DNA of 64,000 nt, taken from the NCBI GenBank assembly GCA_021325135.1, contig JAJPHT010000016.1, positions 1 through 64,000 of the forward strand, read 5' to 3'. Shown piece after piece: positions 17,650 to 26,822 of the stretch (its first letter is position 1; every line of letters begins with the position of its first letter). Source of the DNA: Pseudomonadota bacterium. GTDB taxonomy: Archaea; Thermoplasmatota; SW-10-69-26; JACQPN01; JAJPHT01. The notes under the pieces are model-generated. The model was not told the origin of the DNA and ran no database searches. It was given only the letters and a program-made list of their open reading frames with translations. Both the position numbers and the translations under genes were made by a program.

Positions 17650-18015
17650 CTACGGGAGCGTGAGCGTGCGCTTCTGCTCGCAGACGAAGTTGTTGGCCGG
17701 CCCGCCGCCGCCCCCGCCGAAGTAGGCGAACTGCGTGCAGGCGTAGGCCGAGACGTGCGTGCAGCCGGACCACTCGACGCCGGCGGCCCAGTTGCCCTCC
17801 TGGAGCGTGGAGCAGGTGGGGACGATCTGGCACACGACGAGGCCGTCGCAGCTCCAGTTGCACAGCAGGCACGCGCAGTCCGCGTTGGGCGGGCAGCAGG
17901 TGCCGGGGAGCGGGCCCGGGTTGCAGGTGGGGGGCGTGGGCTGGGCGGCGGAGAGGGGCGCGGCGAGCGTCGCGAGGGCGATCGCGCCGACGAGGACGAG
18001 GGGGAGCGTCTTCAA
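17650..18015 (-). CDS. Secreted Cys-rich small protein (12 Cys)
   Basis: TTG start, signal peptide ending SAA, 12 Cys in about 97 mature residues, GC-ending codons. Confidence 0.8.
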   Translation of the reverse strand: MKTLPLVLVGAIALATLAAPLSAAQPTPPTCNPGPLPGTCCPPNADCACLLCNWSCDGLVVCQIVPTCSTLQEGNWAAGVEWSGCTHVSAYACTQFAYFGGGGGGPANNFVCEQKRTLTLP

Positions 18016-18112
18016 GGGGGAACCTCCGCTTGCCGCAAGCCCAAGTCGCGGCTTCTCCCTTGCGGCGGAGCAACGGGCGCGCTGTGCGACGTCGCGATCG
18101 CGCCTTGGGCCT

Positions 18113-18589
18113 TCACGCGTCCGCGATGGCGAGGCGCATCTCGCACGCCGCGTCGCCGCGCGTCACGAGCCGCGGGAACGTCACGCCGCGGAGCCGAAGC
18201 CCGTAGGCCTCCTGGGCCGCGAAGGCGTGGAACGCGCGGCACATCTGGCACACGCGCGCGTCCATGGCCGCCTGCGCCGCGACGGGGCACGCGGCCGCGA
18301 GCGTCCGCAGGGTCGCGCCTTCGCGCTCCACCTCCAGCGCTCCGTGCCACGCGCGCAGCGCGGGAAGGAAGGCCGTCTCGAACGTCTCGGGCGTCCACGC
18401 GCGCACGCCGTGGGCCTCCCGAAGGGCGTCCAGCGCCACGGGCACGATGCGGGCCGCGCCCTCCGAGGCGCCCGCGCCGCTGGGCTCCAGGGGCACGTAG
18501 GGCGGCAGGTGGCGCCCATCCAGCGCGCTGGTGATGACGTTGCGGTCGAACCGCTCCAGGGCTTCGGTCTTGGCGAGAGGGGGCTCCAT
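18113..18589 (-). CDS. V4R/methanogen-output-domain-like Cys-motif protein
   Basis: ACPVA...VCQMC...TRGDAACEM pattern; divergent from aquaporin-arsC. Confidence 0.55.
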   Translation of the reverse strand: MEPPLAKTEALERFDRNVITSALDGRHLPPYVPLEPSGAGASEGAARIVPVALDALREAHGVRAWTPETFETAFLPALRAWHGALEVEREGATLRTLAAACPVAAQAAMDARVCQMCRAFHAFAAQEAYGLRLRGVTFPRLVTRGDAACEMRLAIADA

Positions 18590-18711
18590 GGTCCCAGGAG
18601 CGGGGCGCGCGAGGTTGGCGTTTGCGCCGAACCTCTTCGGTCGCGGGAGCGCGCCTCCCCCCGGAGTCTCCGGAGGGAACGCTCAAGAGGGCCCTCCGGC
18701 GCTGCGGCTTC

Positions 18712-19440
18712 GTGGCCCCCGACCTTCGCCCCGCCTTCGCCGAGGCCTTGGGCGCCTTCGCCCTCGTGCTCGCCGGATGCGGCGCCATCATGGCCAACGC
18801 CGAGACGGGCGCCCTGGGCCACGTGGGCGTCGCGCTCACGTTCGCGTTCGTGATCGCAGTCATGGTCTACGCGCTGGGGCACGTCTGCGGCGCGCACTTC
18901 AACCCCGCCATCACGCTGGCCTTCGCCGCCACCGGCCACTTCCCCTGGCGGCGCGTGCCCTCCTACGTGCTCGCGCAGGCCGCGGGCGCGACCGCCGCCG
19001 CGCTTGCGCTGCGCCTCCTCCTGGGCGACGTCGCGCGCGAGGGCGCCACCGCGCTGGGCGCGGGCGTCGGCCCGCTCCAGGGCTTCGTCCTCGAGGCGCT
19101 CGCCACCTTCCTTCTGGCCTTCGTCATCGTCGCGGTCGCCACGGACAGGCGCGCGGCTCCAGGCGTCGCGGGCCTCGCCATCGGCCTCACCGTGGGGCTC
19201 GACGCCCTCGCCTTCGGCCCCTTCACGGGCGCCAGCATGAACCCCGCGCGCAGCCTGGGGCCCGCCCTCGCCAGCGGCTCCTTCGCGGGGCTGTGGCTCT
19301 ACCTCACGGCGCCCATCGTGGGCGCGGTCGCGGGCATGCTCGCCTACGAGGCGCTGCGGCCCGGGCGCCTGGGCATCGAGGCAAAGGAGCCCCTGGGCGC
19401 GCTGGGTCCGGTCCCCGCCCTCTCGGAGGCGCCCGAATGA
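18712..19440 (+). CDS. MIP-family aquaporin/aquaglyceroporin (probable arsenite channel)
   Basis: Two NPA motifs (HFNPAIT, SMNPARS); coupled to arsC. Confidence 0.92.
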   Translation: MAPDLRPAFAEALGAFALVLAGCGAIMANAETGALGHVGVALTFAFVIAVMVYALGHVCGAHFNPAITLAFAATGHFPWRRVPSYVLAQAAGATAAALALRLLLGDVAREGATALGAGVGPLQGFVLEALATFLLAFVIVAVATDRRAAPGVAGLAIGLTVGLDALAFGPFTGASMNPARSLGPALASGSFAGLWLYLTAPIVGAVAGMLAYEALRPGRLGIEAKEPLGALGPVPALSEAPE

Positions 19441-19862
19441 GCGCGCCCCGCTTCCGCGTCCTCTTCGCGTGCGTCGGCAACAGCGCGCGCTCGCAGATGG
19501 CGGAGGGGTTCGCCCGCGCCCTGGCCGGCGACCGGATCGAGGCGCGCAGCGGCGGCAGCCGGCCCCTGGGGCACGTTCTCCCCGGGGCCATCCAGGTCAT
19601 GCGCGAGAAGGGCATCGACATCTCGCGCCACCCCAGCCAGGGGTTCGACGAGGCGTGGGTGCGCGACGCGTGCGACCTCGTCGTGACCATGGGGTGCGGC
19701 GACGACGCCTGCCCGGCGTTCGTCGGCAAGCGGATGGTGGACTGGGACCTGGAGGACCCCAAGGGGAAGGACCTGGCCACGTTCCGCCGCGTCCGGGACG
19801 AGATCGAGGGGAAGGTGACGGGCCTCCTGCGGGAGAGGGGGCTCCTGCCGGCCGCTCCGTGA
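19437..19862 (+). CDS. arsC: Arsenate reductase, LMW-PTP family
   Basis: CVGNSARSQMAEG, VVTMGCGDDACP, WDLEDP. Confidence 0.9.
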   Translation: MSAPRFRVLFACVGNSARSQMAEGFARALAGDRIEARSGGSRPLGHVLPGAIQVMREKGIDISRHPSQGFDEAWVRDACDLVVTMGCGDDACPAFVGKRMVDWDLEDPKGKDLATFRRVRDEIEGKVTGLLRERGLLPAAP

Positions 19863-19925
19863 GGCCGCCGGCGGCACGAGAACCTCACAACAAAGGTTAT
19901 GTCCCCCTTTCCTGGAGTGCCGGCC

Positions 19926-21131
19926 ATGCGCGGGAGCGCCCTCGCCCTCGTCTCGCTTCTCCTGGTGGCCCTCTTCGCCGGCTGCGCCGGCAAGCAGGAC
20001 CCTGGAGGCTCCACGGACCTCTCGGCCACCTCGACCCAGACGGGCGCCAAGGCCTTGGACACGCCGCTCACCCCCCTGGCCACCGCGGTCGCGGTGTCCG
20101 GCGGCGACTGGGTGGCGCCCGGCGCCTCGCTGGACGTCACCGCCACGCCCCCCAAGGACGCCACGGGCGACGTGACCTACACCTGGCTCTACGGCCCCAT
20201 GGGCGGCACCGCGCCCATCACGGTCATGAAGACGACCCAGACGGCCATGATCGACCCCGGCTCCAACGCCAGCATCACCTTCGACCAGGCCGGCGTCTTC
20301 CTGGAGCACTGCCACCCGCACCCGTGGATGCGCCAGAACGTCACCATCCTCGACAACGGCCAGCCCCCGGTCACCGTGGTCACTCATTTCCACGACGGCG
20401 CCAGCGTCGGCGACTTCCGCTTCGTCCCCGACACGCTGGTCCTCCCCAAGGGCTCCACCGTGATCTACCAGAACGACGGCAGCCAGGCGCACCAGACCAT
20501 GCTCATGCAGCAGGACGCGCCCGTGACGCAGCTCTCCCTGAAGGGCGCCTCGGGCCAGGTCAGCGCCAGCGGCTCGGGCTGGATGCGCGTCATGGTCATC
20601 GCCCAGGACGCCGCGGGCCGCTTCGGCCGCGCGGAGCGCGACTTCTACGTGAACCCACTCCCCACGCCCCTCACCGCGAAGTACGACGGCTCCTACAACC
20701 TCACCGCGCCCTCGCCCGTCCCCGCGCAGCCGCCCAGCCCCCTGGGCTCCTCGCCCGACGTGCGCGCGTTCACCTCCGAGCGCGCGGGCACGCTCTTCCT
20801 CAACTTCACCTCCTCCGACGCCGTCGCGGGCACCGCGCCCACGGACCCCGCGGGCGACCAGTCCGCCATCAGCGTGGACGTCACCGGCAAGGGCGGCGCC
20901 CCCAAGGTGGCCTCCACCAGCGCGCCCAGCGACAAGGGGAGCCTCACCGGCCGCGTCGGCGCGGGCGACTACACCGTCACCCTCACGCCCGTCGCGGGCG
21001 AGATGGGCACCTACTCCGCCACGCTCACCATCGTCTACGACCCGATCCCGCCGCCGGCCAACCCGTACAGCGACCCCAGCACGCAGCTCGGCTCGGCGGG
21101 GATGAGCGGCATGAACATGCCCGGGATGTGA
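19926..21131 (+). CDS. Lipoprotein with a (circularly permuted) cupredoxin domain and Met-rich tail
   Basis: Lipobox FAGC; CHPHPWM type-1 copper motif; FVPDTLVLPKGSTVIYQNDGSQAH; C-terminal MSGMNMPGM. Confidence 0.85.
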   Translation: MRGSALALVSLLLVALFAGCAGKQDPGGSTDLSATSTQTGAKALDTPLTPLATAVAVSGGDWVAPGASLDVTATPPKDATGDVTYTWLYGPMGGTAPITVMKTTQTAMIDPGSNASITFDQAGVFLEHCHPHPWMRQNVTILDNGQPPVTVVTHFHDGASVGDFRFVPDTLVLPKGSTVIYQNDGSQAHQTMLMQQDAPVTQLSLKGASGQVSASGSGWMRVMVIAQDAAGRFGRAERDFYVNPLPTPLTAKYDGSYNLTAPSPVPAQPPSPLGSSPDVRAFTSERAGTLFLNFTSSDAVAGTAPTDPAGDQSAISVDVTGKGGAPKVASTSAPSDKGSLTGRVGAGDYTVTLTPVAGEMGTYSATLTIVYDPIPPPANPYSDPSTQLGSAGMSGMNMPGM

Positions 21132-21141
21132 TGTCCAGCCC

Positions 21142-22308
21142 ATGCGCGCGCTCCTCGTCGCCCTCCTCGTCGTCCTCCCCGCGCTGCCCGCCGCCTCGGC
21201 CCACGCGCTGGTCTCCGCCGCCGACCCCCTCAGCCTCAACATCGATGGCTGGCTCACGGCGGACGGCCGCATCACGCCCGAGGGCCCCGCCGCGGGCAGC
21301 GTCTACTTCGCGTCCTACCAGCCCGGAAGCGCCGGCACGCCGCTCACGTTCACCATGACCGCGCCCGTGCGCTTCCTGCCCCAGGGCCTGGACGTCACGA
21401 TCTACCTGCGCGCGGACAAGCCCGTCGTGACGCAGGACAACAACGGCAAGTCGTTCCACGTGGAGCTTCTCGCGGGCGGCGCGCCCATCCCCGGCGCGGC
21501 CATGGACGTGGCCATCGCGCAGCAGGCCCTCAAGCCCACCGACACGGCCGGCGTCTCCCCCTTCACGCTGCCGACACCCACCACGACCCCCATCGACGAG
21601 AACGCGACGGTCACGCTGCGCCTCACGCCGCTCATGCCCGCGCTCCTGGACGGCGCGCTGGCCATCGTCGTGGGCGCCGACACGGGCTCCAGCGCCAACT
21701 TCCCCCTCGCCCAGGTCCCCAGCGTCAAGGACCTCAAGCTCCAGGACACGGACCTCTTCGAGTATGACCTGGCCAAGGAGAACTTCAGCGCGCCCGACCC
21801 CGCGCAGGCCGTCAACGAGATGGACGTCTACCACGACAACGTGACGACCAACTACGTCACCGTCATCGGGACCAAGGCGTACCTCGTGCTCAAGGGCGCG
21901 GAGACCAGCGGCGAGGCGCAGAGCTATCACGACTTCCCCGACCACGCGAAGCGCATCGCGGCCACGCACGACTTCATGGTGGGCGGCACGCTCATGCGCG
22001 TCCACCCGGGCGTCGGCGTCGTCCTCGACATGGACCTCTCCAAGGGGCCCATCGACTTCCGCTGCGTGAAGAACTGCCCCGCTGTGTCGGTCAACATGAC
22101 CATCTACCCCAACCGGTCGCTCCAGGCGCCCGGCCAGATGGGCCAGCCCATCGGAGGGCCCACGGCGACGGGCTCGCCCGCGGCGCCCACCGCGGCCTCC
22201 ACGCAGGCGGCCGCGCCGACCCCCGAGCGCCGCGCGCCCGGCCCGGGCCTCGCGCCGCTGCTGGTCGCCGGGGCGGCCCTCGCCCTGGTGCGCCGCCGCG
22301 CGCCGTAG
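21142..22308 (+). CDS. Secreted surface protein with PGF-CTERM-like sorting tail
   Basis: Signal peptide ending ASA; C-terminal APGPG-hydrophobic-RRR. Confidence 0.8.
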   Translation: MRALLVALLVVLPALPAASAHALVSAADPLSLNIDGWLTADGRITPEGPAAGSVYFASYQPGSAGTPLTFTMTAPVRFLPQGLDVTIYLRADKPVVTQDNNGKSFHVELLAGGAPIPGAAMDVAIAQQALKPTDTAGVSPFTLPTPTTTPIDENATVTLRLTPLMPALLDGALAIVVGADTGSSANFPLAQVPSVKDLKLQDTDLFEYDLAKENFSAPDPAQAVNEMDVYHDNVTTNYVTVIGTKAYLVLKGAETSGEAQSYHDFPDHAKRIAATHDFMVGGTLMRVHPGVGVVLDMDLSKGPIDFRCVKNCPAVSVNMTIYPNRSLQAPGQMGQPIGGPTATGSPAAPTAASTQAAAPTPERRAPGPGLAPLLVAGAALALVRRRAP

Positions 22309-22416
22309 AGCCGTCAACCCCCGCGGGGACTCGTCGAATCGCTTTGTATTCACCGCGGGTGGTTTCTACATGTTGAGTCCTGAGTGACGCCGTTTGACCG
22401 GGGGAAGGTGGGGCGA

Positions 22417-22427
22417 CAATTCTTATC
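22417..22427 (+). promoter_or_regulatory. Conserved upstream motif CAATTCTTATC (second copy at 24426-24436)
   Basis: Identical 11-mer ending 75 and 78 nt before the ATGs of the two paralogues. Confidence 0.55.
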
Positions 22428-22501
22428 TCCATGTTCCGCCTTGCCAGGCGCAGCTAGGGTGAGGGGGAGGCTCTCCACCACTCGGCTTGGAGCAAGTTGC
22501 A

Positions 22502-24331
22502 ATGAATCGTACGGTCGTCATCAGCGCCTCGGTGGCGCTGCTCATGCTTGTCCCCACGGGCCTGGCCACGTGGGCTTCCTACGGAGGCAGCGAGCCCAGC
22601 ACGTCGTTCGACACGCCGTTCATGTGGCCCTCCGGCCCCGGCACCGCGCAGAACCACGTCTACTTCAACGTGGTCGAGGTCCAGGGCGTCGCGGGCACCG
22701 CGTCCGTGAACTCCGCCACCCTCGGCGGCCGCACCCGCGGCGTCGGCGAGACGGCCTTCAACGCCATCCTCGGCGTCTGGGTCGACTGCAACAAGGACGG
22801 CTACGTCGGCCTCGCCGACGGCGCGCTCCTGGAGTACCGCGCCGAGGTCAGCGCCGCGGCCGGCTTCCCCGTGGACCTGGACCTCTGCCCCGTCGTCGCC
22901 GACACCGCGGCGAACGCGGGCCAGATCCACAACGACGGCACCTGGGTCACGGAGCTCATCGCCATCGGCCCCACCGACCAGGCCTCCATGGACAGCAACG
23001 GCAACTACCGCGTCATCGCCGACTCCGCGGCCCAGATCTGGGGCGACTTCGGCGCGCCCGTGACGCCCGCCAGCGCCCCCGCGCCCAGCGACGACTGCGC
23101 GGACTCCACGGTCAACCCGCCCTTCGGCAAGGGCGACACCGGCCACACCGGCGGCATGCTCCAGCACATCGACTGCCTTGACGGCAACCTCCCCTGGCAC
23201 ACCTGGGACCTCATCGTCGCGCAGGACGACACCGGCACCCTCGCCGGCGTCCCCTTCAAGAGCATCCGCGACGCGTACCAGAACGGCGGCCCCGCCGACA
23301 TCAGCACGTTCGGCACGGACCAGAGCTGCAAGTCCGGCCCCAACGGCGAGGACGGCGGCGCCCAGCCCTGCCAGTACGGCAGCAACAGCATCGTCTACGG
23401 CGAGACGGACTGCAGCTCGCAGCCCATCACCGTCACCGACCCCGCGACCGGCACGCCCGCCGAGGGCACGCCCGCGGACCCCGGCGACATCGTCCTCGTC
23501 CAGTCCCCCGGCGTCCCCACCGTGAACCCCCAGGGCTCCATCGCGGCGACCGCCAACGAGACCATCGAGGAGAACCCGCTCCTGGACGACTGCAACAGCA
23601 GCGACGACAGCGGCCACGACGTCTACGGCAACGGCATCACCGAGGCCGGCACCTCCGGCGGCACCAAGGTCGTCGGCAAGACCCAGGCGGAGATGGACTT
23701 CGGCTGGGGCGGCCTCGACTTCCGCTTCGGCTGCGACGACACCTCCTTCGACCCCAACGGCGACCCCCTGCCCACCCTGCCCGTCATCACCGTCCCCGGC
23801 TCGGGCGCGCAGACGTGCGGCATGCCCGAGAGCGGCGGCCTCGCCGAGCCCTGGCTCCTGCTCACCAACGGCATGTGGTGGTCCGGCACGAACTGGATCG
23901 GCACCGCGCCCAACGCGGGCAGCGTCCACGTCGACCGCAACACGCCCAGCGTGACGCCCGACCTCTTCCAGGCGGACTACACGACGTTCTACGCGCAGTT
24001 CGGCGTCTCGGGCCTCCAGACTCCCGGCGCCACCGCGCAGTACGGCGCCGAGTGGTGCACCGCGGGCATCGGCCGCAACGCGGGCATCCAGAACGGCTGG
24101 GACTGCGACCCCGCGGACTGGAACCTCGACCCGCAGTCGGGCGAGAAGCTCGCGGGCTGGGACAACCTCGGCAACGTGGGCGACGTCTACGGCCTGCGCG
24201 ACACGGACTGCTACGACACGACCGTGATCGCCGGCAACGCCAACTACGAGGGCACCAGCCTCAACCCCACGGGCCAGGACATCGGCGGCCGCACCGTCGG
24301 CCCCGCCACCGAGCCCGGCCACGGCTGCTGA
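22502..24331 (+). CDS. Secreted acidic Cys/Gly/Asp-rich protein, paralogue 1
   Basis: Signal peptide, WVDCNKDGYVG (DxNxDG), many Cys; colinear with 24514-26352. Confidence 0.88.
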   Translation: MNRTVVISASVALLMLVPTGLATWASYGGSEPSTSFDTPFMWPSGPGTAQNHVYFNVVEVQGVAGTASVNSATLGGRTRGVGETAFNAILGVWVDCNKDGYVGLADGALLEYRAEVSAAAGFPVDLDLCPVVADTAANAGQIHNDGTWVTELIAIGPTDQASMDSNGNYRVIADSAAQIWGDFGAPVTPASAPAPSDDCADSTVNPPFGKGDTGHTGGMLQHIDCLDGNLPWHTWDLIVAQDDTGTLAGVPFKSIRDAYQNGGPADISTFGTDQSCKSGPNGEDGGAQPCQYGSNSIVYGETDCSSQPITVTDPATGTPAEGTPADPGDIVLVQSPGVPTVNPQGSIAATANETIEENPLLDDCNSSDDSGHDVYGNGITEAGTSGGTKVVGKTQAEMDFGWGGLDFRFGCDDTSFDPNGDPLPTLPVITVPGSGAQTCGMPESGGLAEPWLLLTNGMWWSGTNWIGTAPNAGSVHVDRNTPSVTPDLFQADYTTFYAQFGVSGLQTPGATAQYGAEWCTAGIGRNAGIQNGWDCDPADWNLDPQSGEKLAGWDNLGNVGDVYGLRDTDCYDTTVIAGNANYEGTSLNPTGQDIGGRTVGPATEPGHGC

Positions 24332-24342
24332 GCCAAGCCCCC

Positions 24343-24380
24343 GCCCCCGGCGCGCGCCGGGGGCTCCCCTCTTTTTCTTC
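24343..24380 (+). terminator. Hairpin plus pyrimidine tract
   Basis: GCCCCCGGCGCGCGCCGGGGGC followed by CTCTTTTTCTTC. Confidence 0.55.
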
Positions 24381-24513
24381 CTCTTCCTGCTCCAGCGCGG
24401 GCGCCGCCGCGAGGCTGGCGCCTGGCAATTCTTATCGACTTCCCGGCGCATGCCCCTGCGGGGCTGGCCTGGAGCGAGGCTTGCGCGCCGACCCGCCCGT
24501 GGAGCTTGGAGCC

Positions 24514-26352
24514 ATGACCCGCCTTCTCAGCCTGGCCGCGCTGGCCCTCGCCGCGACGATGCTCGTCCCCCCGGGCGTCGCGACGTGGGCCTCCTACGGG
24601 AGCCTGGAGCCCGACAACAAGTACGACCTCGGAAGCTCGACCACGTGGCAGGACCCGCCGGGCCAGGCCACCAGCAGGGTCTACTTCAACGTCGTGAGCG
24701 GCGAGGCGGGGCTCTCCCTCCTCGCGAGCCCCAACAGCGCGACGCTGGGCGGCCGCGTCTACAACGTGGGCAACGGCGGCTTCGAGGCCATCCTCGGCGT
24801 GTGGGCCGACTGCAACCACGACGGCTACGTGGGCATGGCGGACGGCGCGCTGCGCGAGTACCGCGTGGAGGCGGCCGAGGCGCTGGGCCAGGCCATCGAC
24901 GAGTCCATCTGCCCGCCCATGCCCGACGACGCCGCGGACGAAGGGCGCATCCACAACGGCGGAGGGTGGATCACGGAGCTGCTCCCCATCTCCCCCGTGG
25001 ACCTCCCGCCGGGCGACGCGGAGCACCGCTACCTCAACGCCTCCGCCAGCGTGGACGGGCGGCCGGGCACCGCCATCTGGGGCGACCGCATCGAGCCGCG
25101 CGCGCCCGACGCGCCTCCGGCGTTCGACGCGTGCAAGCAGAGCGCCATCGCGCCCAGCCACCGCCAGGAGGAGCACACCGGCGGCCTGCTCCAGCACGCG
25201 GACTGCCTCGACGGGCGCGCGCCCGACGCGGCCCTCGCCCTCGCGCAGGCGCGCGACCCCACGGGCGCCACGCAGGCGCTCCCGCAGCCCAGCGCCCTCT
25301 GGGCCGACGGCGCGCCGCTGGACGTCGACGAGCCCGGCACGGACCAGGCCTGCAAGGGCGACCCCGCCAACCCGCCCCCGCAGCCCTGCCCGCAGGGAAA
25401 CAACGCCATCGTGTACGGCGAGTTCGACTGCAGCGCCGCGCCCCTCGTGGACCAGACCGTGACCGTTCCCGACGCCACGGGCCTCGTGGGAGGTGATATC
25501 ACGACGCGCGTCGTCGTCTACTCTCCCGGGACCCCGCAGGTCAACCCCGACGGCACTGCGCCCGCGACGGTGAACGAGACCATCGAGGAGAACGCGCTCC
25601 TGGACGACTGCGACGGCACCGACGACTTCGGGCACGACGTCTACCAGGGCACCGACGGCACGGACGCCGTGACGACGGCCGGCAAGAGCGCGCCCGAGCT
25701 GGAGTTCCGCTACGGCTTCAAGTCGCGCGAGGCGTGCACGGACCCCGAGGTCTCCGCGCCCGGCGGTGGCCCCTCGGCCTCGCTGCCCGTGGGCGCGGAG
25801 CGCTGCGGCGCGCCCGACGACCTGGGCGTCGTCCCCGGCTCGCACGCCCTCTCGTTCTTCGAGGTGACGGGCACCAACTTCGTCAGCGGCCAGCAGGAGG
25901 TGGGCAACGACGCGTGGGACGCGAACCACGTCTACGTGAACTCGGCGCCGCGCATCGGCGGCGCGAGCGTCGACGCCTCGGGCCAGACGAAGGCGAGCCT
26001 CGACCTCGCGCCGGCCGACTGGTACACCTTCTTCGCGCGCACGACGCTCTCGGGCGTCGCGTTCCCCGGCGCGGGGGGCCTCTACGGCGCGGAGTTCTGC
26101 GCCGCGGGCATCGGCCGCAACGCCCCCGCGACCAACGGGTGGGTGTGCGACCCCTCGCTCTGGAACCTGGACACCACCACGGGCCGGCAGGACCCGGGCC
26201 TCGCCCAGGTGGGCGATCCGTTCCAGCTGCGCGACGTGGACTGCTACGACAGCAGCGTGGTCTCCCGCGAGTCGAGCCTCAACCCCACCGGCGAGGACCT
26301 GGGGCCGCGCAGCGCGGCGCCGCTCACCGACCCGGCGCACGGGTGCTGGTGA
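24514..26352 (+). CDS. Secreted acidic Cys/Gly/Asp-rich protein, paralogue 2
   Basis: Shares ATWASYG, VYFNVV, NSATLGGR, WxDCNxDGYVG, NETIEEN.LLDDC, LRDxDCYD and the P.HGC terminus with paralogue 1. Confidence 0.88.
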   Translation: MTRLLSLAALALAATMLVPPGVATWASYGSLEPDNKYDLGSSTTWQDPPGQATSRVYFNVVSGEAGLSLLASPNSATLGGRVYNVGNGGFEAILGVWADCNHDGYVGMADGALREYRVEAAEALGQAIDESICPPMPDDAADEGRIHNGGGWITELLPISPVDLPPGDAEHRYLNASASVDGRPGTAIWGDRIEPRAPDAPPAFDACKQSAIAPSHRQEEHTGGLLQHADCLDGRAPDAALALAQARDPTGATQALPQPSALWADGAPLDVDEPGTDQACKGDPANPPPQPCPQGNNAIVYGEFDCSAAPLVDQTVTVPDATGLVGGDITTRVVVYSPGTPQVNPDGTAPATVNETIEENALLDDCDGTDDFGHDVYQGTDGTDAVTTAGKSAPELEFRYGFKSREACTDPEVSAPGGGPSASLPVGAERCGAPDDLGVVPGSHALSFFEVTGTNFVSGQQEVGNDAWDANHVYVNSAPRIGGASVDASGQTKASLDLAPADWYTFFARTTLSGVAFPGAGGLYGAEFCAAGIGRNAPATNGWVCDPSLWNLDTTTGRQDPGLAQVGDPFQLRDVDCYDSSVVSRESSLNPTGEDLGPRSAAPLTDPAHGCW

Positions 26353-26355
26353 GGC

Positions 26356-26676
26356 TCAGAGCACGCGCTCGCGCAGCTTGCCCAGGCGGTCGCCCAGAAG
26401 GAAGAGCAGCTCGTGGCGGAAGGCCTCCACGTCGCGGACGGGGCGGCGCGCGAGCCGCTCGATGCGGCGCGAGAGGGCGGGGTCGCCCAGGATGCGCTCC
26501 ACCCACGGCGCGTAGTCGATGCGGTGGTGCGCGACGAGGTGCCCGCTCTTGGCGCCCACCGCGTGGTGCAGGTCGCCCAGGTCGCGCGCCGACGTGCCGT
26601 CGGCGAAGCGGAACGCCTCGTCGCCCGCGCAGGGCGTGAGCGCGCGCCTGGCGACGGTCTGGAGGTTCTTCGCCAT
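26356..26676 (-). CDS. DUF5752-like small protein
   Basis: FRFADGTSARDLGDL...DYAPWVERILGDPALS pattern. Confidence 0.6.
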   Translation of the reverse strand: MAKNLQTVARRALTPCAGDEAFRFADGTSARDLGDLHHAVGAKSGHLVAHHRIDYAPWVERILGDPALSRRIERLARRPVRDVEAFRHELLFLLGDRLGKLRERVL

Positions 26677-26822
26677 GCGGGGGTCGGAGACGCCAGGAGG
26701 CTTGGCTTTGTCGGCAAGCAGCCCAGGGCCTCCATCGGAACGGTCCGCGGAACGTCCAGCGCGCGCGTTCGTGCGGCCGACGCTCCGGCGGCTTGAAATG
26801 CCCCCGGTGGCGTGCAGCGGCC

